From the NCBI GenBank assembly GCA_964524845.1, contig CAZGFX010000001.1, forward strand, positions 227,740-291,739: 64,000 nucleotides of DNA, read 5' to 3'. The position numbers and the translations under genes are program-made. The stretch's first letter is position 1. Every line of letters starts with the position of its first letter. This document shows positions 18,357 to 30,059 of the stretch, one piece after another. The stretch is from an uncultured Gammaproteobacteria bacterium. GTDB taxonomy: Bacteria; Patescibacteriota; Patescibacteriia; CAZGFX01. Under the pieces are notes generated by a model, which was not told where the DNA came from, made no database searches, and worked only from the letters and a program-made list of their open reading frames with translations.

Positions 18357-19181
18357 TTATTTTTTGAGCGGATTTGTTCTGTTTACAAGTTCATCATAAT
18401 CCGATACGCCGTCTCCATCTGTATCTTTTTTAAATGGATCGGTTCCGAGCATCCTCTCGTCAACATCCAAAAGACCATCGTCATCAGAATCAGAATTCGT
18501 GCTCGGCGTGCTTGTTGTAGGTGTTGTTTGTGATGAGGAATTCGGATTTGTTACTGTATTATCATTATTTGTCTGTGTATTTGAAGTATCACTAGACTGA
18601 ACATCTTCTACACCTCTTAAATAACCGCCTCCTAATGGATTATATCCGTGGACAAGCTCAGCACCATCTTCGTATCCATCATCGTCCGTGTCTTTGTTCA
18701 AAGGATCAAACCCCCAATTAATTTCGAACTTATCTGTAAGTCCGTCTCCGTCTGTGTCGGCTTTTTTATAATTCGTACTTATAAGTGTTTCTAATATATT
18801 ATATATACCATCATCATCAAAATCTTTTTTCGCTGATTCTGGAAGAATCGCATCTTTAAGTTTGCCAACACCAAAAGGATTATATCCCGCAAGTACCTCG
18901 AGTCCATCTGTATATCCATCACTATCAGTATCAACTTTAACTGGATCGGTTCCATATTCATTCTCAATTTCATCTACGAGTCCGTCTCCATCCATATCGA
19001 CAATGGAAATCTGTGTCTCCGTTTGTATTTTTACCTCATCCTCTGCATAAACACTTGTTTCAGCAAATACAAAAAAATGAAATGCGTACCCCATTCCTAC
19101 AAAAAGTGTCACAGAAACAAAAATGTTTATTATTACACGAAAAAATCTCATAGTACGTTGTTTATCACACCAATAAAGCAA
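18357..19181 (-). CDS. secreted thrombospondin-type-3 (Ca-binding DxDxDG) repeat protein
   Basis: Multiple DTDGDGLTD / DTDDDGYEDG / DTDSDGYTDG repeats. N-terminal signal/TM segment. S/T-rich region. Confidence 0.6.
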   Translation of the reverse strand: MLYWCDKQRTMRFFRVIINIFVSVTLFVGMGYAFHFFVFAETSVYAEDEVKIQTETQISIVDMDGDGLVDEIENEYGTDPVKVDTDSDGYTDGLEVLAGYNPFGVGKLKDAILPESAKKDFDDDGIYNILETLISTNYKKADTDGDGLTDKFEINWGFDPLNKDTDDDGYEDGAELVHGYNPLGGGYLRGVEDVQSSDTSNTQTNNDNTVTNPNSSSQTTPTTSTPSTNSDSDDDGLLDVDERMLGTDPFKKDTDGDGVSDYDELVNRTNPLKK

Positions 19182-19270
19182 TATTATTCAAAAACAAGGC
19201 TCATACATTATATCATTTTTTTAAACATAGGACAATAAAAAATTTTTTTTACATATGATATACTGAATAT

Positions 19271-21430
19271 ATGAATAAGAACAAAAAAAATCCCATGTAT
19301 GTTCGTCTTTTAAGTGTGTCAAAAAAAACACGGCACATAATAATACTTGTAATAGCGGCTATTATTTGTATTTTTATTACATCAGTTAGTTTTCAAGATA
19401 CGAATGCGGCCCAAACCACAGCTAAGTATGAAGCAATAATTACTGAAACCAATCCCGTTTCTCCGTTTTCGCTTGCTCCAGGAGAAACAAAAGACATAAC
19501 AATTACATTCAAAAACACTGGCGCTACGACTTTTTACAAATCCGGAAACACTTTTACAGCTCTCAACACAGAGGGAGCTCTTTCAAAAAAAAGTGTTTTT
19601 CAACACTTGTCATGGCCTGAATACTGGAGACCCGCTCACATTTCAAAAGATATTAAATCAGGAGAGGCTTCAAAAATTACATTTACAATACAAGCTCCAA
19701 AAAACGAAGGAACATACACCGAATCGTTTCGATTAGCAACAAAAGGGACTGCGCTTATTGATAAAAGTCTTTTTTCAATCACAGTAAAAGTAGAAAAAAA
19801 GACAGTCTCAACAACAACACCAGTTACGCCGATAATAACTGGATCGGCCCATAGCGCAATTATTACAAGCATAAAACCAAGCACATCCATCACTCTTACC
19901 CCAAGTGAAGCGGCGACGCTTGAAGCATGTTTTAAAAACACAGGCACATCGACATTTAAAAAGAGCGTATCTAATTTTACCGCACTTAATACAGAGTTTG
20001 GTACGCAGAAAAAAAGTGTTTTTCAACACTCATCATGGACGGAGTATTGGCGTCCGTCTCTTATTACAGATACCGAAATTAAACCTCAACAATCGTCGTG
20101 TTTAAAATTCACCATACAAGCACCAAAAAATCTCGGCACGTATACTGAATCATTTCGTCTAGCAACTCGCAATGTCGGGTGGGTTGATAACAGTCTTTTT
20201 ACAATTAGTGTTAATGTTGTTACTCCTGAACAGAAAACAGCATCAACTCAAACAACTCCATCATCTTCACAAAATACAACGCCCTCAACGGGTTCAAGTA
20301 CTAATCCAAACGCACCAACAACACCATCAAACCCGAGTATTAAAACACCTAGTCCGAGTCAAATTGAAGGAGCGATATATATTGATAATAAAACAACAAC
20401 AGAAAATACAACCCAAACACCAACTTCAAACGAAGTTCCATCATCCTCCGCTCCACAAATTACAGAAACTCCACAAGATTACGGACTGTTAATTACTAGA
20501 CTTCCTGAACGAGCTGAAACAATAGCAAACGGACCAGCTATTAACCTTATGGAACAGTTTGGACACCGAATAAGAGTCGGACTTTTCAAAACAGATCAAT
20601 CTATTTCAGTTAAAGGAATTTCCGGAAATGTTCAGATTCGTGATATAAATGATCTAACAATACAAGAAATTCCAGCAAATCAGACGATAACACTGGAATA
20701 TGTTAATGGAAATTATAGCGTCGGAACAGCTGGATTTATACAAACCTCTCCTACACCTTTTCGACTCATCGTTCCTCTTCGTGGTGTTATGCAAATAACA
20801 AGTTATACGAATATTACTAAATGGAATGGAGCTGTTAATGACAACGAGTTTAGAGATACTATTGAATTGCGTTATTCCACAAAAGATAAGACCATATGGG
20901 CAATAAACGAACTTCCTTTGGAATATTATCTTCGAGGACTTGGCGAAACTAGTCCGGGGTCTCCATCAGAATATACGAAAGCAATTGTAATAGCGGCACG
21001 TTCTTATGCTCTTTACCATTTACTTGCGAACACGAAACACTACAATCGTAATTTTCATGTTACTGCTAACGAAGGAGATCAGGTGTATCTTGGATATAAT
21101 CTAGAAGAAAGATATACCGAGCTTACAGAAATAGTACAAGCTACTCGCGGTGTAATAGCTACATTCCAAGGAAGCCCGGCCGTAGTTCCATACTATTCGA
21201 AATCAGACGGAAAAACACGTACTTGGGATGAGGTGTGGGGAAAAACAACCAAATTTACATATGCAAACGTATCAAAAAGTATTCCATGGGACAAGGACAG
21301 AACCCTTTATGGGCACGGTGTTGGTATATCAGCATATGCAGCACGAGATATGGACAAGTACCACAGTGCGCACGCGCTTGAAATTATAAATTATTTCTTT
21401 AATGGTCTAGAGTTTAAACGCTGGTATTAA
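19271..21430 (+). CDS. secreted SpoIID/LytB-domain protein with two N-terminal ~150-aa repeats
   Basis: C-terminal region ...AARSYALYHL...GDQVYLGY...YYSKSDGKTR matches the SpoIID amidase-enhancer/lytic transglycosylase domain. Two repeats share FTALNTE...KKSVFQH.SW.EYWRP...FTIQAPKN.GTYTESFRLAT. An S/T/P-rich linker is present. Confidence 0.7.
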   Translation: MNKNKKNPMYVRLLSVSKKTRHIIILVIAAIICIFITSVSFQDTNAAQTTAKYEAIITETNPVSPFSLAPGETKDITITFKNTGATTFYKSGNTFTALNTEGALSKKSVFQHLSWPEYWRPAHISKDIKSGEASKITFTIQAPKNEGTYTESFRLATKGTALIDKSLFSITVKVEKKTVSTTTPVTPIITGSAHSAIITSIKPSTSITLTPSEAATLEACFKNTGTSTFKKSVSNFTALNTEFGTQKKSVFQHSSWTEYWRPSLITDTEIKPQQSSCLKFTIQAPKNLGTYTESFRLATRNVGWVDNSLFTISVNVVTPEQKTASTQTTPSSSQNTTPSTGSSTNPNAPTTPSNPSIKTPSPSQIEGAIYIDNKTTTENTTQTPTSNEVPSSSAPQITETPQDYGLLITRLPERAETIANGPAINLMEQFGHRIRVGLFKTDQSISVKGISGNVQIRDINDLTIQEIPANQTITLEYVNGNYSVGTAGFIQTSPTPFRLIVPLRGVMQITSYTNITKWNGAVNDNEFRDTIELRYSTKDKTIWAINELPLEYYLRGLGETSPGSPSEYTKAIVIAARSYALYHLLANTKHYNRNFHVTANEGDQVYLGYNLEERYTELTEIVQATRGVIATFQGSPAVVPYYSKSDGKTRTWDEVWGKTTKFTYANVSKSIPWDKDRTLYGHGVGISAYAARDMDKYHSAHALEIINYFFNGLEFKRWY

Positions 21431-21450
21431 ATAAATCGTATTTTCTATAT

Positions 21451-21487
21451 AAAAAACCGAGTCGTTTTATAACAGCTCGGTTTTTAA
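21451..21487. terminator. bidirectional terminator
   Basis: AACCGAG-14nt-CTCGGTT hairpin flanked by AAAAAA and TTTTT. Confidence 0.7.
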
Positions 21488-21496
21488 AATTTTTTA

Positions 21497-21760
21497 TTAA
21501 TCTAGTCGCGCCCTCTCCCAAAGTTCTTTTGAAAAGTTTCGAAACTTTTTACAAAAACCGGGGTTTTTGTTTTTCGTTTTTCGATTACTTTCATATCGCG
21601 GGAGACTGAGCTTGTCCTTCGGCAACATATCAGAATTACCGACAAACACGGATCCAGGATTTTTGATCTTACCTGAAACACACATGCCGACACATAAACA
21701 CAGAAAAAACACACCGACTAAAACGAAGATGATTCCAACAAAGACTAAAAACATTGACAT
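21497..21760 (-). CDS. small membrane protein
   Basis: One N-terminal TM helix with Cys residues. Lies downstream of queA. Confidence 0.35.
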   Translation of the reverse strand: MSMFLVFVGIIFVLVGVFFLCLCVGMCVSGKIKNPGSVFVGNSDMLPKDKLSLPRYESNRKTKNKNPGFCKKFRNFSKELWERARLD

Positions 21761-21883
21761 AGAACACCTCCTTGTAATTATTTTTTATTTGAAAAATCTT
21801 TGTTTTTGATTTTCAATAAATCATATCATATACTGATAGATAAGTCAATATAGGTGGCAAATATTGGCTATTTCCGCCATAAA

Positions 21884-22924
21884 TCATTTAATAAACATCG
21901 CGTCTCCATATGAAAAAAAACGATATTTTTCTTTTTTCGCTTCTTCGTATGCACTAAGCACGATTTCCTTTCCTGCAAAAGCACACACAAGCATAAGAAG
22001 AGTTGATTTTGGAAGATGAAAATTAGTTATTAGACAATCAATACTTTTAAACTTATACCCAGGATATATAAATATATCTATCCATTTTTCTCCCGGAACA
22101 AACTCTTTGCGACGATCGTTATAAAACGTTTCAAGAACACGAACACTTGTAGTGCCAACAGCGATTATTCTTTTTCCTTCTTCTTTATAAGAATTTAATA
22201 GCATTGCTGTATTTGAATCTAGATATCCATACTCTTCATGCATAACATGATCTTCGACTTCTTCCGATTTTACTGGTAAAAAAGTTCCTAGTCCAACATG
22301 TAAGGTTACCTCGAGCACTTTAATACCTTTTTTTCGAATACTATCAAGTATTGATTTGGTAAAATGAAGTCCCGCTGTTGGAGCAGCTACGGAACCTCTT
22401 TGATCTTCACGAGCATATACGGTTTGATATTTTTCTTTGTCATCTATTTGATCAACTCCTTTTCGAATATATGGAGGAAGTGGTACGTGTCCGATTCTTT
22501 CAATCTCATTCCAAAAATCTTCTCCTTTTTTATTAAAATCAACATAATACGTATACCCTTTGTTTTCTTTCACTGTTGCCCGAAGATTGCTTGATTCAAA
22601 ATAAATTTCAATATCGATTTTTTTACGTACATTAGTCTTTATAAGACACTCCCAAGAGGATTCTCCAGTTGGACGCACCAAAAAAACTTCAATATGAGCC
22701 CCATTTTTTGTTTTTCCCAAAAGACGAGCTGGAATTACCATTGAATTATTAACAACCAAAACATCGTTCTCACAGAGAAGGTCTGGCAAATCCGAAAAAT
22801 GCTTATGCGCGATTTCGCCACTCGCTCGATCAAGTATCAAAAGACGCGAGGAGTCTCGCGGTGAAGCGGGCGTGTCAGCAATAAGTTCTTTTGGAAGTTT
22901 ATAATCAAATTCTGATACCTTCAT
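21884..22924 (-). CDS. queA: S-adenosylmethionine:tRNA ribosyltransferase-isomerase
   Basis: MKVSEFDYKLPKELIA N-terminus with QueA-family conservation throughout. Confidence 0.85.
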   Translation of the reverse strand: MKVSEFDYKLPKELIADTPASPRDSSRLLILDRASGEIAHKHFSDLPDLLCENDVLVVNNSMVIPARLLGKTKNGAHIEVFLVRPTGESSWECLIKTNVRKKIDIEIYFESSNLRATVKENKGYTYYVDFNKKGEDFWNEIERIGHVPLPPYIRKGVDQIDDKEKYQTVYAREDQRGSVAAPTAGLHFTKSILDSIRKKGIKVLEVTLHVGLGTFLPVKSEEVEDHVMHEEYGYLDSNTAMLLNSYKEEGKRIIAVGTTSVRVLETFYNDRRKEFVPGEKWIDIFIYPGYKFKSIDCLITNFHLPKSTLLMLVCAFAGKEIVLSAYEEAKKEKYRFFSYGDAMFIK

Positions 22925-23024
22925 ATGTTTTCATCATTAAAATAATCGTGAATATTCAAATTAACATAAAAAACAATTATTTTCCTTCTCGTAATTCGTT
23001 TACACTGTGAAATAAGATTTATTA

Positions 23025-23228
23025 TCATCCTGAACAATGTCATCCTGAACAATGTCATCCTGAACTGACCTTGTCATCCTGAATTTATTTCAGGATCTAT
23101 GTATTCCTTTCAGGATCTGTGTATCTGTTTCAGGATCTACCTTGATACATTGTTTTACTATGTCATCCTGAACTCGTTTCAGGATCTATGTACCCGTTTC
23201 AGGATCTACCTTGATACATTGTATTTTA
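23025..23228. repeat. array of short palindromic repeats (GTCATCCTGAAC x4; TTTCAGGATCT x5; a 27-nt unit GTTTCAGGATCTACCTTGATACATTGT x2)
   Basis: Read directly from sequence in the ruvB-queA intergenic region. Shares the 17-mer CCTGAATTTATTTCAGG with 8311-8327. Confidence 0.8.
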
Positions 23229-23355
23229 GTAAAACTTATTTCTCATATTATTAAATGTCACATGGCAGATGCTGAAAGGACGCAGATCCTGAGACGAACT
23301 CAGGAATAAAGATTCAGCATGACAATGTATAGTATAATTCTCAATCCGTAATTCG

Positions 23356-24381
23356 TTATAATAACTTATCCTGCAAATTGCGAGGAGGCTCCGCTCCCAT
23401 GTGTTCATATCCGAGCGGAGTGACGACACGCCCACGTGGAGTTCTCATTAAAAAACCAAGTTGTATTAGATATGGTTCGTATACATCTTCGATTGTTCCT
23501 TGTTCTTCTGATGTAAGCGCCGCTATCGATGATAATCCAACAGGTCCTCCTTCAAATTTTTCAATCATAGCAGACAATATTCTTCTGTCACTTATATCGA
23601 GACCTCGCGCGTCAATGCCGAGCATCTCGAGTGTTTTTTCGGCCATTTCTTTGTTAAGAGAACCATCTCCTTTGACGGTGGCGAAATCGCGCACCCTCTT
23701 TAAAATTCGGTTTGCAATACGAGGCGTACGGCGCGCACGCTCCGCAACAAGAGAACAACAATCATCGTCAATATCTGAACGTAAGATACGCGCTGAACGT
23801 GATACGATCTGTTTAATGTCGTCGTGTTCATAATATTCGAGACGAAAAGTCGCTCCGAAACGATCACGAAGCGGAGCTGATAGAAGATTGTATTTCGTAG
23901 TAGCTCCAATCACAGTAAACCGAGGAAGATCGATACGGAGCGTGCGCGCCGCAGGGCCTTTCCCAACAACAAGGTCTAGTTTGAAATCCTCCATTGCAGG
24001 ATACAAGACTTCTTCGACAGCTGTACCAAGACGATGTATTTCATCAATAAACAAAACATCACCTTCTTCAAGGTTCGTCAGAATAGCGGCGAGATCTCCT
24101 GATTTTTCAATTGAAGGTCCAGATGTGATACGAATCGTACCTCCCATCTCCTGTGCAATAATATATGCGAGCGTTGTCTTACCAAGCCCAGGTGGACCAT
24201 ATAATAAAACGTGTTCGATCGACTCTTTGCGTTGTTTCGCCGCATCCATTAAAATTTGAAGACTCTCTTTGATATGTCCTTGTCCGATGTATTCGGTAAG
24301 CACACGAGGACGCAAATTTTGTTCAAACACAAACTCCTGATCTGTGTTTTCCGGGCTGGTTACTCTTATATCTTTTTCCAT
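23356..24381 (-). CDS. ruvB: Holliday junction branch migration ATPase RuvB
   Basis: [14 protein letters not shown] Walker A and the RuvB family sequence throughout. Confidence 0.9.
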   Translation of the reverse strand: MEKDIRVTSPENTDQEFVFEQNLRPRVLTEYIGQGHIKESLQILMDAAKQRKESIEHVLLYGPPGLGKTTLAYIIAQEMGGTIRITSGPSIEKSGDLAAILTNLEEGDVLFIDEIHRLGTAVEEVLYPAMEDFKLDLVVGKGPAARTLRIDLPRFTVIGATTKYNLLSAPLRDRFGATFRLEYYEHDDIKQIVSRSARILRSDIDDDCCSLVAERARRTPRIANRILKRVRDFATVKGDGSLNKEMAEKTLEMLGIDARGLDISDRRILSAMIEKFEGGPVGLSSIAALTSEEQGTIEDVYEPYLIQLGFLMRTPRGRVVTPLGYEHMGAEPPRNLQDKLL

Positions 24382-24516
24382 GCGAGTATTATACCATGTG
24401 TTGCAAATTGAGTAAGGTACCTATAATACTTTTTTAAAAAATATTGACAAAATGATAAAAAAAGAGTAGAAATTACATGAAAAAACATATATTAAAATAA
24501 ACAAAATAACAAAAGG

Positions 24517-24816
24517 GTGGTTTTTATGGCAAAAGCAAAAACACAAATAGAAGCAAAAGCTCTGTTGTTTATAAACAACAATTCAGAAGATGTGTTGGTT
24601 TTAATAACAATCGAAGACGGAGAAAAAACAATACTCGAAGACAAAAAGTTTGGTGGTAAATATTACGTTCATATAAAAAAAGAGAAAAACAAATGTTTAT
24701 TAATACCTGAGTATTCGAATTCAGCGAGAGCATACGAAATAACAGATAATAATGCTATAGAAAAAATTAAAAACGCAACTAATTTTCGCTCAAAAATAAA
24801 AAATATATTTTCATAA
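24517..24816 (+). CDS. hypothetical protein (99 aa)
   Basis: ORF followed by a terminator. No recognisable motif. Confidence 0.35.
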   Translation: MVFMAKAKTQIEAKALLFINNNSEDVLVLITIEDGEKTILEDKKFGGKYYVHIKKEKNKCLLIPEYSNSARAYEITDNNAIEKIKNATNFRSKIKNIFS

Positions 24817-24845
24817 AAAACAAATCCCGTCTAAACAAATGACGG
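24808..24845. terminator. terminator hairpin
   Basis: ATCCCGTC-TAAACAAAT-GACGGGAT followed by TTTT. Confidence 0.7.
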
Positions 24846-24871
24846 GATTTTTAATACGCACATATTAATTA

Positions 24872-27382
24872 TCAAGTATTTTCATCAACTGTTTCAGCAA
24901 TTGCAATAGATGCGATTGTGTCGCCATCGTCTTTGAATCTCATGAGACGCACGCCCTGTGTTGCACGACCAAGCTCCGGCACCGTACTTATATTAAGCCG
25001 AATAACCTGTCCTTTTTGAGAAACAATAATTGCATCACCAGGAACTTTGCTGTTTATCACAGTTGAAAAACGAACAACTCCAGTCTTATCCGTAACTTGC
25101 GCGGCTTTGATGCCAGATCCTCCTCGTCCTTGCGTTTTAAACTCATCGAGTGACGTCCTCTTTCCAAAACCGTTCGCCATGACAACAAGAAGATCAAGAT
25201 GTTGATCCTTTCCTCCTGGTACTACATCCATACCAACCACACAATCCTTTCCTTTTAGGTGCATACCTCGAACTCCTGATGCCGTTCTACCCATCGAGCG
25301 AACGTGTTTTTCTTCAAATCGAATCGCAATACCATGCGCGGAAACAAGTGATATGTGGTCGCTTCCGGAGCTGAGTCTAGCCCACATAAGTTCGTCATCT
25401 CCTTTTAATTTCATAGCTATAATACCGTTCCTACGAACATGCGCGAATTCAGCAAGTTCAACCCTCTTAATCAACCCTTCTTTTGTGACCATTATAATAT
25501 ATTTTTGATTCTGATCCGCTGATAATTCGAGTACGGATTGTACCTTTTCATTACTTCCGAGTTCTAGAAAATTAACAATTGCACTACCTTTCGCAGTTCT
25601 GGAACCCTCTGGAATTTCGTGCGCCTTAAGTTGAAATACGCGCCCTTTGCTAGTAAAGAACAATAGACCTGTGAGTGATTCTGTGGCAAACAACATTTGA
25701 ACACTGTCCTCATCTTTCGTTGTTACTCCCGTAACACCCTTTCCTCCTCTGTATTGAGTTTTAAACGTATCTGGTGACATGCGTTTGATATATCCTTCAT
25801 GTGTCAACATAACCATCGTTGGTTCGTTTGGAATAAGGTCTTCTTCTTTGAAAGAATCAATTTCATGATCAACAATCTTAGTCCTTCTAATATCACCGAA
25901 TTTTTCTTTTAAGGCAACGAGGTCTTCTTTTATAATATCAAGCACCCTACTCTTGTTCTTGAGGATATTTTCAAGTTCTTTAATAAGTTTGTTGCATTCT
26001 TCAAGTTCTTTTTCAATCTTAATATGTTCGAGGTTTGCCAATTGTTGAAGACGCATTTCTAGAATCGCGATAGCTTGTCGCTCAGAAAGTTTGAATTTTT
26101 TAATAAGATTTAATTTTGCTTCTTCTTTATCTTTTGATTTTTTAATTGTATCTATAATTTTATCTATATGTTCAAGCGCCATAACCAACCCATCGAGAAT
26201 ATGAGCTCTGTCTTTTGTTTTATCAAGATCAAACTGTGTGCGACGAGTTATTATATTTTGACGATGTTTAATAAACTCGTGTAAACACTCCTTGAGCGTA
26301 AGCACTCTGGGTTCAATGCCATCAACTAGTGCTAGTGTATTGACATGAAATGTTTCTTGAAGTTGGGTATGTTTGTATAATTGATTTAAAATTTTATTTG
26401 CAGGAGCATCTCTCTTAAGCTCAATAACGATACGATTACCGTCTTTATCTGATTCGTCGCGGAGATCTTTAATTCCCTCTATTTTTTTATCATGAACGAG
26501 CTCCGCTATACGCTCGATCATTGAAGATCTTACAACTTGAAAAGGAATCTCTGTTATAACGATTCTGTATTGACTTGCTTTGTACTCTTCAATCGTGGCG
26601 ACACCTCTTTGTACGATAGACCCCTTGCCTGTCGCGTATGCTTGTTTTATGTTTTCTCGTCCGAAAATAATTCCACCAGTAGGAAAATCAGGACCTTTCA
26701 CCACTTTCATGAGATCATTAACAGTCGCTTCCGGATTATCAATAAGCATAACAACACCATCGATGAGTTCTCCGAGATTGTGTGGTGGAATACTCGTGGC
26801 CATACCAACGGCAATACCAACAGTGCCATTTAACAAAAGATTAGGGAGTTTCGCCGGAAGTACGGTTGGTTCTTTTTGAGAAGCGTCATAGTTTGGGATG
26901 AAGTTTACTGTGTTTTTGTCTATATCATACATCATCTCCTCAGCTATCAGACGAAGTTTCGCCTCGGTATAACGATGAGCAGCGGGATTATCTCCATCAA
27001 CAGAACCGAAATTTCCCTGGCCGTTTACAAGTGGATATCTCATCTTGAAATCCTGAGCCATGTGCACCATAGACATATAGACCGCCGCGTCTCCGTGCGG
27101 ATGATATTTTCCAAGTACTTCACCAACAACAGCCGCCGACTTTTTAAATTTAGCGTTTGCACGAAGCCCTATCTCCCACATAGAATATAAAATTCTACGG
27201 TGAACCGGTTTCATACCATCGCGCACATCAGGCAAGGCACGAGATATAATAACAGACATCGCATACTCGAGGTACGATTTACGCATTTCAGCAACTATCG
27301 GAGCCTCTTCAATTCGTCCAATATTTTGAGCCATTTCCGGCTCATTCTGAATCTCTGGTTTGGCAATTATTTTTTTGGCCAT
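24872..27382 (-). CDS. gyrA: DNA gyrase subunit A
   Basis: [20 protein letters not shown]-terminal motif, active-site Tyr region, and a GyrA-box-like QYRGGKGV in the C-terminal beta-pinwheel. Confidence 0.9.
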   Translation of the reverse strand: MAKKIIAKPEIQNEPEMAQNIGRIEEAPIVAEMRKSYLEYAMSVIISRALPDVRDGMKPVHRRILYSMWEIGLRANAKFKKSAAVVGEVLGKYHPHGDAAVYMSMVHMAQDFKMRYPLVNGQGNFGSVDGDNPAAHRYTEAKLRLIAEEMMYDIDKNTVNFIPNYDASQKEPTVLPAKLPNLLLNGTVGIAVGMATSIPPHNLGELIDGVVMLIDNPEATVNDLMKVVKGPDFPTGGIIFGRENIKQAYATGKGSIVQRGVATIEEYKASQYRIVITEIPFQVVRSSMIERIAELVHDKKIEGIKDLRDESDKDGNRIVIELKRDAPANKILNQLYKHTQLQETFHVNTLALVDGIEPRVLTLKECLHEFIKHRQNIITRRTQFDLDKTKDRAHILDGLVMALEHIDKIIDTIKKSKDKEEAKLNLIKKFKLSERQAIAILEMRLQQLANLEHIKIEKELEECNKLIKELENILKNKSRVLDIIKEDLVALKEKFGDIRRTKIVDHEIDSFKEEDLIPNEPTMVMLTHEGYIKRMSPDTFKTQYRGGKGVTGVTTKDEDSVQMLFATESLTGLLFFTSKGRVFQLKAHEIPEGSRTAKGSAIVNFLELGSNEKVQSVLELSADQNQKYIIMVTKEGLIKRVELAEFAHVRRNGIIAMKLKGDDELMWARLSSGSDHISLVSAHGIAIRFEEKHVRSMGRTASGVRGMHLKGKDCVVGMDVVPGGKDQHLDLLVVMANGFGKRTSLDEFKTQGRGGSGIKAAQVTDKTGVVRFSTVINSKVPGDAIIVSQKGQVIRLNISTVPELGRATQGVRLMRFKDDGDTIASIAIAETVDENT

Positions 27383-27581
27383 ACAAAAAATTTTCTAACT
27401 TCCCTTTTATCTAGGTGCTTATTACTTTCGCATCTTATCACAAAAAAACCGCGAATACAAGGGAAAAAATCGTATTTTTCACCCTTTTTAACTTGACAAA
27501 TCCATCTTTAAATGATAGTATAACCCGATAAAACAACGATTAATTAAACAATTAAAAAACAAAAAACGAAGGGAAAAAATT

Positions 27582-28247
27582 ATGTTAAATCTTTTGGATC
27601 CTCAAATAAAAGAAGTTGGGATAATAACAGATCCGCGCTTCAGTCTATTGTCAGAACATATACTTAAAGTACCATCAAATTTTAGTCTTGATATGTGTTT
27701 ACAAAAAACACGACACATACGACACAAAAACATTAAACATAAAGGGCGTTTTCCAAAAATTCTTTTAGACGAAATGGTTCGTGATAATAATTTTGCAAAA
27801 GTTACTCACAAACCCGAACCATTAAAAAAATACAAAGTTAGAAGATTTGTAATCCGAGAAGAAGCAACGGCAAAAGATTGTATAAGTTTTTTAGAAAAGC
27901 AAAAAGCACTACTTGTTGGTATGCAAGGACTTGTTCTTTTTATAGATATTGTTAAAAAACAAAAAATATTCTCTCACAAAGATAAAAATAATACAAATTT
28001 GATAGTATCCTTTGATAAAGAAAATGCTCTTTTTAAATGGTGTGATTATGGAACGTCGTATCGATCTTTTCCATACGACGGATATCCAATGTTACCATTT
28101 GCAGAGTTTGTTACATATGACAACAATAAACCGGCAAAAGAAAAGAGTCACTGGTGGATAAGTTTCTTTCCTATTAGGAATTTAAAGAGAGAAAAGGGAG
28201 AAATGTCACTTGGTTTTAGTTTCTTGTGTTTCAATAAATTAGAATAG
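27582..28247 (+). CDS. hypothetical protein (221 aa)
   Basis: SD GAAGGGAAAAAATTATG. No recognisable domain. Confidence 0.4.
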   Translation: MLNLLDPQIKEVGIITDPRFSLLSEHILKVPSNFSLDMCLQKTRHIRHKNIKHKGRFPKILLDEMVRDNNFAKVTHKPEPLKKYKVRRFVIREEATAKDCISFLEKQKALLVGMQGLVLFIDIVKKQKIFSHKDKNNTNLIVSFDKENALFKWCDYGTSYRSFPYDGYPMLPFAEFVTYDNNKPAKEKSHWWISFFPIRNLKREKGEMSLGFSFLCFNKLE

Positions 28248-28459
28248 TATGTAAAGCTGTATGCTTGATATATAAGGCCTTTCTAAATAGAAGGGCTTTT
28301 TTTGTTTGTGAAAAACAAAAAGAAATTGGGAAGTTGATCGAAATGTATTGCGCTAATCTCAAACCCAAAGAATTGGGCCAGACACAAACAACGAGTAATT
28401 AATTATCAAACTCAAATTTTTTGAAACATCCTCATTCATCAAGTGTGGATTTTTATTTT

Positions 28460-30055
28460 CTATTTAATCTTCTTCATGCTTCTCGTGAGAAGCTCGATTT
28501 GTCGCGTAACTCCTTCAACATCCTGATAATTTTTATATTGTACAACCAACCCTTTTAGACCTTCTGGATTAAATAAGTTAACGAAACCTGCGAGGTCTTT
28601 GTTCGTATGTTCTTTTTTTATACCTTGGGTAAACACGAAAAATATATTTTCTCGTGATTTGAAAAGAGCGCTGAGCTTATCAGCTTTTACCTTCGCTTTT
28701 GATTGCGGATATACTAAATTATAAGAATCCTTATCAGCCGGGGAAAAATATGAGAAGTCATAAAATGTTTCTGTGTATTTGTCTTCTGGCTTGTTTTTAA
28801 AATTATCAGTCGCTCCTCCGATCATTACATTTGTATTTTCAAAAGAGTATGTAACTTTATATCCCGATAATGTGCCGTCGGTTTTCGTTTTAACAATACT
28901 TCCCCACTCACGCGGATATTCGAAAGATATGTTTTCCGCGGAATCAGAATATGTCACCCACAAACCAGATGGAGTAAGATCATATACAGAAAGATTATCA
29001 ATAACCTTCTCACAAGTACCAGCAAGAGGAATTAAGCATTCTGCTATAATACCATCTCCTCCTATGTTAAATATGTATATATTATAAGGAATTGTTTTCC
29101 AGACTGAATTTTTAACATTTTTCACAGTATACTTTTTCACCGATTTACTTAACCCAGTCACATCTTTGTCGATATTTATGTTTTCTTTGTTATTATCAAG
29201 CCTAGATATTAAAAATTCTTTATATAATGCATCTAAGCCAGTGGTTTCATATTTTTTTACAATCATTTGGAAAGATTCTTCTGGATTTTGTATGGCCGCA
29301 TCATGAAAAAGCCTCATCTCACCACCCAGATCAATTAAACTCCAATTCTCCGGATATTTTACAGAAAGTTCATTCTTTTCGCTATTATATTCAATGTTCT
29401 TTATTTCTTTTTTTGGAGCACCATCTCCTATAATAATGCTTCCGATAATCGTTCGGACCATATCACTAAAAGTTCCAAATGTAGATATTTCGTATATTTT
29501 GTTGTTTGCAAGAAAAATAATCGTAGTTATTTTCGGAGCAAGACCCGAATAAATGATTTCTCGTCCCTCAAAACCTGTAATAAATGTTTTTGCTGTTTCT
29601 TGTATGTTTTCTTTTGGTCGTCCGAAGTCAACATTCGCAACCAAATCATCTAGTAAATACATCTTGTCATTATCATATAATGAAATCCAGAAATCAGGCT
29701 GTGTCTCGCTGACGTTTTTAATATCGCCAAGTTTCACAATATCATAAAAATTAAGTACTGACGCAGTTTTGTTCCCAGAGAGAGCCTTTTCTGTACGAAC
29801 TATTTTATATATCGTAGGATATTGTAATTCAATATTAAAATCATTATTCTTGTACGTCAAAATATTGAGCGCGCGCTCAATAATCTTGGTCGGATCCTCA
29901 AAAGATTCTTTGAAACGATCGTCTGTCACTGATTCCTGTCCATTATCAATATTTGTGTTCTTATTTGTTCCAACAAAAGGAAGAGAGCATCCTGTTAGGA
30001 TTCCGAGTAAGAAAAAAATGCTGACGTACCGGATATATTGAAATAATTTTTTCAT
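28460..30055 (-). CDS. hypothetical lipoprotein (531 aa)
   Basis: Signal peptide with lipobox LLGILTGC. 4-nt gap to the upstream ORF 30060-31001, so probably an operon. Confidence 0.5.
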   Translation of the reverse strand: MKKLFQYIRYVSIFFLLGILTGCSLPFVGTNKNTNIDNGQESVTDDRFKESFEDPTKIIERALNILTYKNNDFNIELQYPTIYKIVRTEKALSGNKTASVLNFYDIVKLGDIKNVSETQPDFWISLYDNDKMYLLDDLVANVDFGRPKENIQETAKTFITGFEGREIIYSGLAPKITTIIFLANNKIYEISTFGTFSDMVRTIIGSIIIGDGAPKKEIKNIEYNSEKNELSVKYPENWSLIDLGGEMRLFHDAAIQNPEESFQMIVKKYETTGLDALYKEFLISRLDNNKENINIDKDVTGLSKSVKKYTVKNVKNSVWKTIPYNIYIFNIGGDGIIAECLIPLAGTCEKVIDNLSVYDLTPSGLWVTYSDSAENISFEYPREWGSIVKTKTDGTLSGYKVTYSFENTNVMIGGATDNFKNKPEDKYTETFYDFSYFSPADKDSYNLVYPQSKAKVKADKLSALFKSRENIFFVFTQGIKKEHTNKDLAGFVNLFNPEGLKGLVVQYKNYQDVEGVTRQIELLTRSMKKIK

Positions 30056-30059
30056 AATT

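Noticed and set aside
23025-23228. Possible CRISPR array in the ruvB-queA spacer (and at 8311-8397)
   Set aside because: Repeat units are only 11-27 nt and directly abutting or overlapping. There are no unique spacers of uniform length and no cas genes. This is a palindromic tandem-repeat array, not CRISPR.
23378-24259. Antisense ORFs inside ruvB (23378-23833, 23888-24259) and similar embedded ORFs inside gyrA, uvrD, htrA, valS and the large secreted genes
   Set aside because: They lie fully within strongly supported genes on the opposite strand, lack RBS, and have biased low-complexity translations. They are typical shadow ORFs of AT-rich coding DNA.
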